This document shows positions 1-9,118 of a stretch of DNA of 54,951 nucleotides, in pieces. Within the stretch, counting starts at the first letter, position 1. Every line of letters begins with the position of its first letter. A model generated the notes under the pieces. That model made no database searches and was not told the origin of the DNA. It was given only the letters and a program-made list of their open reading frames with translations. The translations under genes were made by a program, and so were the position numbers. Where the stretch lies: the NCBI GenBank assembly GCA_043810615.1, contig JBDROA010000201.1:1-54951 (forward strand), written 5' to 3'. Source of the DNA: Actinomycetota bacterium. GTDB taxonomy: Bacteria; Actinomycetota; Acidimicrobiia; Spongiisociales; UBA11373.

Positions 1-138
1 CGTATACACCACCTTCGGATTACGAGCCGCCAACACCTTCGTAATCGCCGCCGTCAAAGTCGTCTTCCCATGATCAATATGACCCATCGTCCCCACATTC
101 ACATGCGGCTTCGTACGCTCAAACCTCTCCTTACCCAT
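1..138 (-). CDS. tuf: Elongation factor Tu, 5' fragment (runs off window edge)
   Basis: Manual translation [36 protein letters not shown] matches the EF-Tu N-terminus with G1 box GHIDHGKT; SD GAAGGAG at about 148-154. Confidence 0.98.
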   Translation of the reverse strand, partial: MGKERFERTKPHVNVGTMGHIDHGKTTLTAAITKVLAARNPKVVYT

Positions 139-183
139 CGCAGCGGACTCCTTCTTGGTGTTGTTACCGTTTCCGTTCGATCG

Positions 184-255
184 TAGCGGCGGGTGGATTC
201 GAACCACCGACTACCCGATTATGAGCCGGGTGCTCTGCCACTGAGCTACGCCGCC
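184..255 (-). tRNA. tRNA-Met (CAT), probably elongator; CCA not encoded
   Basis: Reverse complement GGCGGCGTAGCTCAGTGGCAGAGC...CTCATAA...GGTTCGAATCC...GCCGCTA folds as a cloverleaf; Met versus Ile2 not distinguishable with certainty. Confidence 0.93.
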
Positions 256-309
256 TCGCCGCCCCGGGGCCGCTGCCCCGGCCGGGGTGACGCCCGGGTC
301 GTCACCCTG

Positions 310-381
<72 letters not shown>

Positions 382-407
382 AGTGAGCGGTCAGGTTACC
401 GCACCGG

Positions 408-490
408 TGGGGGGAGAAGGATTTGAACCTCCGTAGGCGTTCGCCGGCAGATTTACAGTCTGCTCCCTTTGGCCGCTCGGGCATCCCCCC
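408..490 (-). tRNA. tRNA-Tyr (GTA)
   Basis: GGGGGGATGCCCGAGCGGCCAAAGGGAGCAGACTGTAAATCTGC, long variable arm, GGTTCAAATCC; TATGAT -10-like hexamer just upstream. Confidence 0.96.
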
Positions 491-582
491 GAGGCGCCGC
501 GATCATAGCCCCCCGCAGCCGCCGGAGCTCCCGGCCCCGTCCGGCTTGCCCCCCCCCAACGCAGGCGGTGGCGCCGTGACTC

Positions 583-1455
583 TCAGCGAATGCCCTGCGC
601 CATCTCGGTGAGCCGCTCCACCCGCTCGGGGATGGGCGGGTGAGTGGAGAACATCCGCCTCAGGCCGCCACCGCCGCCGCTGCCGCGGCCCAGGGCCTTC
701 AGCGGGTCGGCGATGAACAGCTGGGCGGTGGAGGGGTTCAGGGGCATGGGGATCCGGGCGGTGCCGGCCTCCAGCTTCTCCAGGGCCCGGGCCAGGGAGA
801 GGGGCGAGCCGGTCATCTCGGCCCCGCTGCGGTCGGCCTCGAACTCCCGCGAGCGGCTGATGGCCATCTGGATGACCACGGCGGCGAGCGGCGCCAGGAT
901 GATGCCGACCAGGCCGATGGCCATGCTGAAGGCGTCGTTGTGGCGCCGGTTGCTGCCAAGCCCTCCCCACAGCGCCATGCGCATCAAAAAGCTGAGGGCG
1001 GCGGCCACGGTGGCGGCGATGGTGGCGATGAGCACGTCCCGGTTGCGCACGTGGGAGAGCTCGTGGGCCAGCACCCCCTCCAGCTCCTGGAGGTCCATGA
1101 CCTGGAGGATCCCCGCAGTCACGGCCACCGCGGCGTGGCGGGGGCTGCGGCCGGTGGCGAAGGCATTGGGCTGGGCAGAAGGGATCAGGTAGATGCGCGG
1201 CATCGGCATGTCCTCGCGCTGGGTGAGCGAGCGCACGATCGAATACACGTTGGGCACTTCGTGCTCCTCCACGGGCTTGGCCCCGGTCGAGGCCAGGGCG
1301 AGCTTGTCCGAGAAGAAGTAGATGAGGAAGTTCAACCCGCCGGCGACGGCCAGGGCGGTGAGCGCCCCGCTGGTGCCGCCGATCCACTGGCCCACGAGCA
1401 CGAAGAGCGCCCCCAGGGCCGACATCAGCACCAGGGTCTTGAAGCTGTTGCGCAT
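583..1455 (-). CDS. htpX: Zinc metalloprotease HtpX (M48)
   Basis: PNAFATGR, HELSH zinc motif, SRSREFEAD, FSTHPP; start set at MRNSFKT, 7 nt after TACCAT. Confidence 0.96.
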   Translation of the reverse strand: MRNSFKTLVLMSALGALFVLVGQWIGGTSGALTALAVAGGLNFLIYFFSDKLALASTGAKPVEEHEVPNVYSIVRSLTQREDMPMPRIYLIPSAQPNAFATGRSPRHAAVAVTAGILQVMDLQELEGVLAHELSHVRNRDVLIATIAATVAAALSFLMRMALWGGLGSNRRHNDAFSMAIGLVGIILAPLAAVVIQMAISRSREFEADRSGAEMTGSPLSLARALEKLEAGTARIPMPLNPSTAQLFIADPLKALGRGSGGGGGLRRMFSTHPPIPERVERLTEMAQGIR

Positions 1456-1574
1456 GGCCGGGATGGTAGGGGGGCCGGTGCCTTTCCGGAATAGCGAGGG
1501 ACGGCCGACGGCGGAGTCCGCACCGGCACCGGCTTCATCGTGCTCTGCCCGGCACCGGGCCGGCCACGAACGAG

Positions 1575-1603
1575 GGAGGCGGGGCCCGGCGGGCCCCGCC
1601 TCC
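1575..1603 (-). terminator. GC-rich hairpin downstream of the subtilase gene
   Basis: Perfect 13-bp stem GGAGGCGGGGCCC-ggc-GGGCCCCGCCTCC about 20 nt after the stop; U-tract weak. Confidence 0.65.
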
Positions 1604-1624
1604 TCTGACTCGACCGATCGTGCG

Positions 1625-4600
1625 CTAGGGCACAGCCGGGAAGAGCGTGATCGCCTCGGTGATCTCGGTGGCACCACCGCGGTAGCCGCCTCCCCGATCT
1701 CCGTTGCTGAAGAGCAGGACGCCCAGCTCCGGGGTGTTACCCGGCCAGAGGCCGAAGTCGAACACCGTCATCGTGCCCACCGACATCCCGGCCACGTCTG
1801 AAGGCACTGCGTAGTAGCCCTCGCCGTAGGGGGTGACCACCAGGCCGTAGACCAGGTCGCCGGGGCCGCCGAAGTAGATGTCGGCGGCGTAGACGTCCAG
1901 GCCCACGTTGGTGCCGGGCCCGACGTAGGCCATGTCGGTCCCGGTGAGACCCACCTGCTCGCCGCACAGGTACAGCGCCGTGTTACCGGTGTTGGTGGCG
2001 TGCTCGGCATAGAACCAGGCACTGGCGCCGCCGGTGGCCATGTCGATGGCCCAGGTGACCTGCCGGCCGTCGGAGGCCCCCCAGGGGCCGGCCAGGTCGG
2101 CGTTGGTCACCATGTAGTCGTCCACGCCGTTCTGGTCGATGTCCAGGAACAGCTGGTAGCTCACCGGCAGCAGGTGCGACTGCCGCTCGTGGCTGTTGAT
2201 GGCGAAGGCCCAAACGAACGACTCCTCCCCAGAGCAGTAGCCCGCGGGCACGGGGAACGTGTTGACGCCCACTGCGGCCAGGTCGGGGGTGGGGGCTCCG
2301 GTCCCGGCACCACCCGTGGGGAGGTTCGGGCTGACGGCGAGCAGGGTGTAGGCGTCGTTCTGCGCCAAACCCACGCCCTTGTTCCTCAGGGTCACGGTGG
2401 CCATGCCCGCATCGAACACCATGGGCAGGGCGCGCTCCTTGGCCGCCTGGCGAGGCAGGACGTGCCAGGGCAGGTGGATCGACCCGTCGGCGGACGTCAG
2501 GGTGAGGTACCCGTCGAACTCGTTCAGGGTGAGCGCCGCCCCGTTGGCTCCGTTGGCGCCCGAGTTCATCGAGTTCGTCGGCAGCAGGCTGCCGTCGATC
2601 GTGATGGTGACCCGGAACCAGCGGGTCTCGTAGGGGTCCAGCTTGATCCGCGCCGGGGCCTTGATGCTCACCGCCCCGCTCGCCTCATCGTCGGCGAAAC
2701 GGAAGCTGCTGGCGATGGTGTAAAGCACCTCGGCGTCGCTGTAGTTGGTAATCGTGACCTTCTTGGTCACTCTCTTGATGCCGAACACATCGATGAACCC
2801 GAACGACAGGGCGCCTGCCTTGATGGGGCCGGAGGCCCAGGCCGCCGCCGGTGAGGCGAGCGCCCGGTCGACCCGGACCTCGCCGCCGCCGATGCGGCTG
2901 ATCGGGGCCAGGTCGCCGCCGAAGAAGGCGGCCATGTTCATGATGTCGGTCTCGGCGGTGTTCATGAGCACCGCCTTGATCTCGGCCGGCGTGCGGGTCG
3001 GGTAGGCCTGCACGAGAAGAGCCGCAGCGCCGCTCACCATGGGAGCCGCCCCCGAGGTGCCGCCGAAGGGGCCGGTCTCGGTGCCCGTACCGTAGATGGC
3101 CGACATCGAGGCGCCGGGGGCGCCGATCTCCGGCTTGATGATGCTGGTTCCCATGGACGGGCCCCGCGACGAGGAACCGACCATGTGCTGCACGAGCGGG
3201 ATACCGTTGGCCGGGTCGAACACCACGTAGGTGTTTGGGATGCCCGACTTCAGGGTATTGGAAACGACCTGGCTCACCATGAAGCCGGGAACGTCGATGG
3301 GTCGATCGCCGCCGTCGCCCCCGGCGAAGGGGTCCCCCGGGGCGATGAGGCCGATGATCCCCGCCACGGCACCGCCCTGGCCGACGTTGCTGATCTTCAA
3401 GGTGAAGTTGCAGGCCCCGCGGTCGACCAGCACGATCTTCCCGGTCAGGGACCCGGCGGCGAAGGGGGCGCAGCCGTTCAAGTTGCCTCCCGCCCCGTCA
3501 CCGTACTGCACCAATCCCTCGATCTTCCCGGTGGTCTCGAGAGGCACCGACCAGTCCTGGAACACCGCCGGGTAGTCGCCGACGATGCCGGCCGGAGCGG
3601 TGATCTCGAGCAGCGGCTGGACGGCCGAAGGCACGTTGGTCTGCGCCACTGAGAGGGCGGTGGGAGCAGCCGACGGAGTGCCGAGAATGTAGGGCTTGTC
3701 CGCCCCGTTGCCCGCAGAAGCCACCGTGAGGACGCCGACCGCAGAGGCAAGCTCTACAGCCTGGGACAGGTCGTCGTCGATCGCCGTGCCGTAGCCGGCC
3801 CCCAGCGACATGTTGATGATGTCGACGTGGTCGGCCACCGACCCGTCACCGTCGGGGTCGAGGGCGAAGTCCATGCCCTCGATCAGCGCGATGCCGCTAC
3901 AGGCGGTGGAAACCGAAGAGCAGACCTTGACGCCGTAGAGGCTCACCCCGGGGGCAACCCCGCCCAGGCCGCCGATGATGTCGGCCACGTGGGTGCCGTG
4001 CCCGCCGTCGGTGCCGTCGTCGAGCGGGTCGGGATCGGGAGCCTCCGCCGGTCCGCCGGAGCCGTACCAGTCGCCGCCCACAAAGTCGTACCCGCCGACG
4101 ACCTTCCCGGTGGGGAAGGAGCCCGGCTCGATGATGGTGGGATCGTTGGCGGCGTACTCGGCCGGGTCGCCGCTGCCGCCGAACGCGGCGTGGAGGTAGT
4201 CGATGCCGGAGTCGAGGACGGCCACGGTGACGCCGGTGCCGTCGAACCCGAGGTCCTGCACCGCGGTGGCGCCGATGTAGGGCACGGTCTCGGACAGGTC
4301 GAGTTCGAAGTCCCGGACCCGCCGGATGGAGGCCACGTTCGGGTTGGCCGCGAGACTCCGCAGGGCCGCGGCGTCCACATCGGCGAAGACGGTGTTGAGG
4401 GCCACCTGCGCGGCGCCCAGGATCGTCCCTCCCTGACGGCGCAGCACACTGGCGAATTGCGCCTGCTGGTCGAGCACGGTCCGCATCTGGATCTTCTGCA
4501 GGTCGGCGCGCGCCCCGGTGGCGGCGACCGCGGCAACCGGGTCGCTGGTGAGGCGGATGCTGACCCTCACCCGGCCCTCGGCGCCGAACAGGCCCAGGTC

Positions 4601-4771
4601 GATCTTGTCGTCCACGACCACGCCCGAAGCGGAGGCCGGGGTATCCAGCCTCAGATCGGCCACGTGATCGGGCAGAGCCCGCTCGGGTCGTTCGGCCTCC
4701 TGGGCGCTGCCCATGGCGGCCGTCCCGAGCAGGGTGATCAGGGCCACAACCAGCACGAGTGTGCGCTTCAC
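1625..4771 (-). CDS. Secreted S8 subtilase with PA domain (Vpr-like)
   Basis: Signal peptide (KRTLVLVVALITLLG), triad motifs LDSGID / HGTHVA / GTSGAAP, PA insert GKIVLVDRGACNF; GTG start after GGAAGGGAG. Confidence 0.93.
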   Translation of the reverse strand: MKRTLVLVVALITLLGTAAMGSAQEAERPERALPDHVADLRLDTPASASGVVVDDKIDLGLFGAEGRVRVSIRLTSDPVAAVAATGARADLQKIQMRTVLDQQAQFASVLRRQGGTILGAAQVALNTVFADVDAAALRSLAANPNVASIRRVRDFELDLSETVPYIGATAVQDLGFDGTGVTVAVLDSGIDYLHAAFGGSGDPAEYAANDPTIIEPGSFPTGKVVGGYDFVGGDWYGSGGPAEAPDPDPLDDGTDGGHGTHVADIIGGLGGVAPGVSLYGVKVCSSVSTACSGIALIEGMDFALDPDGDGSVADHVDIINMSLGAGYGTAIDDDLSQAVELASAVGVLTVASAGNGADKPYILGTPSAAPTALSVAQTNVPSAVQPLLEITAPAGIVGDYPAVFQDWSVPLETTGKIEGLVQYGDGAGGNLNGCAPFAAGSLTGKIVLVDRGACNFTLKISNVGQGGAVAGIIGLIAPGDPFAGGDGGDRPIDVPGFMVSQVVSNTLKSGIPNTYVVFDPANGIPLVQHMVGSSSRGPSMGTSIIKPEIGAPGASMSAIYGTGTETGPFGGTSGAAPMVSGAAALLVQAYPTRTPAEIKAVLMNTAETDIMNMAAFFGGDLAPISRIGGGEVRVDRALASPAAAWASGPIKAGALSFGFIDVFGIKRVTKKVTITNYSDAEVLYTIASSFRFADDEASGAVSIKAPARIKLDPYETRWFRVTITIDGSLLPTNSMNSGANGANGAALTLNEFDGYLTLTSADGSIHLPWHVLPRQAAKERALPMVFDAGMATVTLRNKGVGLAQNDAYTLLAVSPNLPTGGAGTGAPTPDLAAVGVNTFPVPAGYCSGEESFVWAFAINSHERQSHLLPVSYQLFLDIDQNGVDDYMVTNADLAGPWGASDGRQVTWAIDMATGGASAWFYAEHATNTGNTALYLCGEQVGLTGTDMAYVGPGTNVGLDVYAADIYFGGPGDLVYGLVVTPYGEGYYAVPSDVAGMSVGTMTVFDFGLWPGNTPELGVLLFSNGDRGGGYRGGATEITEAITLFPAVP

Positions 4772-4956
4772 AGCCCACTCCCTTCCTCGTCGCTTGCCTC
4801 CGGCGCGCCCATAGGACGTGCCCGCCACTGAATCTAGCGCGCGCAACTGCCCCCCGCGTCGGGTGAGTGGGCCCTGATCCCGGCGAAAGGCGCCCCTGCG
4901 GCCAACCGGGAGGCCGGGCGGGCTCCGATCCGGGTCCCCGCCACCCCGGCATCCGT

Positions 4957-6012
4957 TCAGCGGCGGGCCACCAGCACCCGGAAGTCCCCCAGGCCGCGCG
5001 GATGTAGCAGAGCCTCGCCACCGGTGATCAAGCTGCGGACCCGGAGGCGCTCAATGGGGTCGCCGTCGCGCGCCAGGGCCATCTCCTCGCCGCGCCGGGC
5101 CGCCAGGAGGTCCCGCAGGCCCCAGCGCTCGAGGAAGGCCGCCTGCGGCAGCACCTCGGCCTCGGCTCCCTCCTCCACGGCCACCAGCGACAGCGCCCCG
5201 AAGTCCACGTCGGCGGTGATGTCGGTGCCTCCCGGTTCCACCAGAGGGCCGGGGCCCAGATGGTGCTGCCTATAGGTGCGCAGGGTCCCCTCGGCCCGCC
5301 TCCGGGCCAGGCCGGCAGCGGTGCCGCCGTAGTCGATGACCACCACCGCCCCGGTGGCAACGAGTTGCAGTGTCCCCCGCAGCCACTCCCCGGCGGCGAT
5401 CTGGGTCTCGACCACGCCGCCCTCCGCCACCGGGCCGGCGTGACGGGTCGCCCACGACGCCACCTCGGGGCGCGCCGGGCCCTCCAACCAGCACAGTGAC
5501 CTCCCGGCCGCCCCCACCACAAGCTCCACCCATCCTGCGCCCCGGCGCACCGCCAGGGCCACCGGCAGGTTGTCCGCCAGTTCGTTGGCCACCACCACCC
5601 CCCGGAAAGGGCCCACGATGGCCGCCGGGCCCTCCGCGACGGCCGCCTCGGGCACGAAGAGGCGCAGGGACTCACGGGCGGCAGGGGACACCTCGAGCGC
5701 CCAGGGGCGCACCCCCACCCGCACGGCGTCGAGGAGGGCGCGCAGTAGCGAGCCCGAACCGGCTCCGGCATCCACCACGGTGATGGGATCGGGGCCGAGG
5801 CGAGCGGCCTCCGCCTCCACGAAGCGGGCCAGGGTGGCCCCGAAGAGGGGGCTGACCTCCGGGCTGGTCAGGAAGTCCCCCTCCCGCGTCGAGCGCAGCG
5901 GGCCCGAGGAGAAGTAGCCCTCATCGGGGTCGTAGAGGGCGGCCCGCATGAACTCGTCGAAGGGGAGAGGGCCCTCCTGCTGGATGCGCCCGACGAGACG
6001 CTCGCGAAGCAC
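4957..6012 (-). CDS. SAM-dependent methyltransferase, MidA/NDUFAF7 family
   Basis: GPLPFDEFMRAALYDP..GYF, GDFLTSPEVSPLFG, DAGAGSG, ANELADNLP, DITADVDF, GLGDFRVL. Confidence 0.9.
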   Translation of the reverse strand: MLRERLVGRIQQEGPLPFDEFMRAALYDPDEGYFSSGPLRSTREGDFLTSPEVSPLFGATLARFVEAEAARLGPDPITVVDAGAGSGSLLRALLDAVRVGVRPWALEVSPAARESLRLFVPEAAVAEGPAAIVGPFRGVVVANELADNLPVALAVRRGAGWVELVVGAAGRSLCWLEGPARPEVASWATRHAGPVAEGGVVETQIAAGEWLRGTLQLVATGAVVVIDYGGTAAGLARRRAEGTLRTYRQHHLGPGPLVEPGGTDITADVDFGALSLVAVEEGAEAEVLPQAAFLERWGLRDLLAARRGEEMALARDGDPIERLRVRSLITGGEALLHPRGLGDFRVLVARR

Positions 6013-6021
6013 CCGCCCAGG

Positions 6022-7530
6022 CTACGGCAGCGCCAGGCCCCGTGCCGCCTCGCCGAAGAAGGCGAGCACTTGCGGGTAGAAGCCGGCCGCCAGCACCACC
6101 GCCGCGGTGATGGCCAGGGCGGCGGCCAGGGGGCGGGCGAGCGGCGCCCCTTCCGGCATCGGGTCGGGGGACGGGTCCATGAACGCCACCTTGAGCACCC
6201 GGGCGTAGAAGAACAGGGCGACGACCGCATTCACCGCCGCCACCACCGCCAGGGCCACCCCCCAGGGGTTCCCCGGGTCGCCCAGGACCGAACGGAACAT
6301 GACGAACTTGGCGAACCACCCGGCCAGCGGCGGGATACCCGCCAGGGAGAAGAAGAAGATCCCCAGCAGGGTCGCCAGCCCCGGCGAGTACCGCGCCAGG
6401 CCGGCCCAGTCGTCGATCTCCCGACTCCCGGTGCGCTCGGCGATGGCGATCACCGCGGCGAAGGCCCCCAGGTTCATGAAGGCGTAGACCAGCAGGTAGG
6501 TGAGCGAGCCGAAGAAGGCGTCCTGCAGGGCCGGCCCCTCGAAGGCGGCGGCCATGGCGAAGGGGACCAGGATGAACCCGGCGTGGGCCACCGAGGAGTA
6601 GCCGAGCAGACGCACCACGTTGCTCTGGCGCAAGGCGGTGAGGTTGCCCACCGTCATGGTCAGGGCCGCCAGGATCCACAGGGCGGGGCCCCAGACGTCC
6701 CGCGCCCCGGCGAAGGCGACGTAGCAGATGGTGAAGAGGCCCACGAAGCCGGCCCCCTTGGAGCCCACCGACAGGTAGGCGGCCACCGGCAGGGGCGCCC
6801 CCTGGTAGGTGTCCGGGGCCCAGAAGTGGAAGGGGACCGCGGCGATCTTGAAGCCGAACCCGACCAGCACGAACAGCACGCCGAGCACGAAGGCCGGCTC
6901 CCCGGCGACGGCGGCCGTTGCGGCGGCGATCCCGGCGAAGGTGAACTCCCCCGTGGTGCCGTAGACCAGGGACATCCCCATGAGCAGGACGGCCGACGAG
7001 AGCACCCCGATGAGGAAGAACTTCAGCGCCGCCTCGTTGGAGCGCAGGTCCCCCTTGCGCCAGCCGGCGAGCAGGAACGCCGGCCCGGAGACCAGTTCCA
7101 GGCCGATGAACATGGTGATGAGATCGCGCGACGAGGCCATCACCACCGCCCCGGTGATCGAGGCGAGCACCAGGAAGTAGTACTCCCCCTCGTAGTAGCG
7201 GTCGGCCCGCAGGTAGCTCACCGAGGCCAGCAGCACGATGGCGCCGGCCACCAGGAACAGGCCCTTGAGCACCAGGGCGAAGTCGTCCACCACATAGGAC
7301 CCGCCGAACATCTCCCGCGGCCCGGCGGCGCATGAGAAGAGCCGTTCACAGTTGGCCAGCGTCAGCAGGGGCACGGCAGCGGCGAGGAGCCCCGCTATCC
7401 CGGCCGCCCCGGCGAGCCAGCGGCGACGCGGCGCCACCACGAGGTCCACCCCCAGCACCACCAGCAGGGTGGCGCCGAGGATGAGCTCGGGGAGCAGGGC
7501 GTGGTAATCGAACACTCGCTCAGCCTCCAA
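6022..7530 (-). CDS. nuoN: NADH-quinone oxidoreductase subunit N (operon 1)
   Basis: SNEAALKFF, FKIAAVPFHFWAPDTYQGAP, SLAGIPPLAG. Confidence 0.95.
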   Translation of the reverse strand: MEAERVFDYHALLPELILGATLLVVLGVDLVVAPRRRWLAGAAGIAGLLAAAVPLLTLANCERLFSCAAGPREMFGGSYVVDDFALVLKGLFLVAGAIVLLASVSYLRADRYYEGEYYFLVLASITGAVVMASSRDLITMFIGLELVSGPAFLLAGWRKGDLRSNEAALKFFLIGVLSSAVLLMGMSLVYGTTGEFTFAGIAAATAAVAGEPAFVLGVLFVLVGFGFKIAAVPFHFWAPDTYQGAPLPVAAYLSVGSKGAGFVGLFTICYVAFAGARDVWGPALWILAALTMTVGNLTALRQSNVVRLLGYSSVAHAGFILVPFAMAAAFEGPALQDAFFGSLTYLLVYAFMNLGAFAAVIAIAERTGSREIDDWAGLARYSPGLATLLGIFFFSLAGIPPLAGWFAKFVMFRSVLGDPGNPWGVALAVVAAVNAVVALFFYARVLKVAFMDPSPDPMPEGAPLARPLAAALAITAAVVLAAGFYPQVLAFFGEAARGLALP

Positions 7531-9103
7531 AGGCGCGGCGCACCAGGCTCACCACGGAGTCGTTAGTGGCGCCGAAGACGATGGCCGGGTACACGCCGAT
7601 GGCCAGGGTGACCAGCACCAGGGGCACCCAGGCCCCCAGTTCGTAGCGGTCGGCGTCGTGGAGTGGCTCCTCGCGCCACTCCTCGGGAACCTCCCCCAGG
7701 TTGACCCGCTGCAGCATCCACAGCAAGTAGCCGGCGGTGAGCACCGTGCCGATGGCCCCCACCACCATGGCGGTGCGGAAGAGGGCCAGGTTGGCCCCGG
7801 CGAAGGGGTTGTAGGCGGCGAGCAGCGCCATGAACTCTCCCCAGAACCCGGCCAGGCCGGGCAGGCCCAGGGAGGCCATGGCGGCAAAGCCCAGGATGCC
7901 CCCCAGGACGGGGAGCAGCTTCTGGTTGCCACCGAGGCGGGCCATCTCCCGGGTGTGGTAGCGGTGCTGGATGGACCCCGCCAGGAAGAACAGCAAGCCG
8001 GTGATCACCCCGTGGGCCACCATGCCGACGATGGCGGCGTTGATGCCCACGTCGGTGAGGGTGGCGATGCCCAGCATCACGAAGCCCATGTGCCCCACCG
8101 AGGAGAAGGCGATCAGGCGCTTCATGTCGGTCTGGGCCAGGCAGGCCAGCGACCCGTAGATGATGGCCACCACCGCCAGCACGGCGACGGCCGGAGCCCA
8201 CGCTCTGGCCTCCTGAGGGAGGACGGGCAGCGCGATGCGGATGAAGCCGTAGGCCCCCAACTTCAAGAGGATGGCCGCCAGCAGCACCGAACCTACCGTG
8301 GGAGCGGCGGTGTGGGCGTCGGGGAGCCAGGTGTGCAGCGGCCACATGGGCACCTTGACGGCGAAGCCCATGAACAGGGCGAAGAACACCCAGAAGGCGA
8401 AGGTGCCCGTGAACCGCCCCTGGGCCCCCAGTTGCGAGAGCACTTCGATATCGAAGGTGCGCCCGGCCCCGGCGGCGTCGCCCGAGCGGAAGTAGAGAGC
8501 CAGGAAGCCCAGCAGCATGAAGGCCGAGCCGAAGAAGGTGAAGAGGAAGAACTTGATGGCGGCGTAGAGGCGGGTCTCCACGGGCTTGCGGAACCCCGGC
8601 AGCCGCATCGGGTTGCGGTCGCCCCAGATGCCGATCATGAAGTACATCGGGAGCAGCACCAGCTCGAAGAAGATGAAGAAGAGCACCAGGTCCAGGGCCA
8701 CGAAGGTGCCCGCCATGCCGGTGGCCAGCACCAGCATCAGCGCCAGGAAGGCCTTGGGATTGTGCGGCTCGGGCCAGTGGTTCCACGAGTAGATCACGCA
8801 GAGCAGCGTGATGAAGGTGGACAGCACCACCATCGGCAGGCTGATCCCGTCCACCCCGATGTGGAAGTTGGACCCGATGGCCGGGATCCACGACTTGTCG
8901 GTGCCGAACTGATAGCCGGCCTCGGCGAAGTCGAAGAGGATCGTGACGATCACCGACACGGCGAAGGAGGCGGCGGCGAAACCGAGGGCGATGGCCTTGA
9001 TCGCCGTCTCCCGGGCACGCGGGACCGCCAGCACCACGGCCGCCCCCACCAGGGGGAGGAACACGATGAGGCTCAGCCCCCACCCGTTCTCGAACCAGCC
9101 CAT
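7520..9103 (-). CDS. nuoM: NADH-quinone oxidoreductase subunit M (operon 1)
   Basis: GVDGIS, VKVPMWPLHTWLPDAH, LGLPGLAGFWGEF. Confidence 0.95.
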   Translation of the reverse strand: MGWFENGWGLSLIVFLPLVGAAVVLAVPRARETAIKAIALGFAAASFAVSVIVTILFDFAEAGYQFGTDKSWIPAIGSNFHIGVDGISLPMVVLSTFITLLCVIYSWNHWPEPHNPKAFLALMLVLATGMAGTFVALDLVLFFIFFELVLLPMYFMIGIWGDRNPMRLPGFRKPVETRLYAAIKFFLFTFFGSAFMLLGFLALYFRSGDAAGAGRTFDIEVLSQLGAQGRFTGTFAFWVFFALFMGFAVKVPMWPLHTWLPDAHTAAPTVGSVLLAAILLKLGAYGFIRIALPVLPQEARAWAPAVAVLAVVAIIYGSLACLAQTDMKRLIAFSSVGHMGFVMLGIATLTDVGINAAIVGMVAHGVITGLLFFLAGSIQHRYHTREMARLGGNQKLLPVLGGILGFAAMASLGLPGLAGFWGEFMALLAAYNPFAGANLALFRTAMVVGAIGTVLTAGYLLWMLQRVNLGEVPEEWREEPLHDADRYELGAWVPLVLVTLAIGVYPAIVFGATNDSVVSLVRRAFGG

Positions 9104-9118
9104 GTCGCTCGCCCTCCT

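Noticed and set aside
4772-4956. Riboswitch upstream of the subtilase
   Set aside because: GC-rich pairing is possible but no recognisable aptamer consensus was found by eye.
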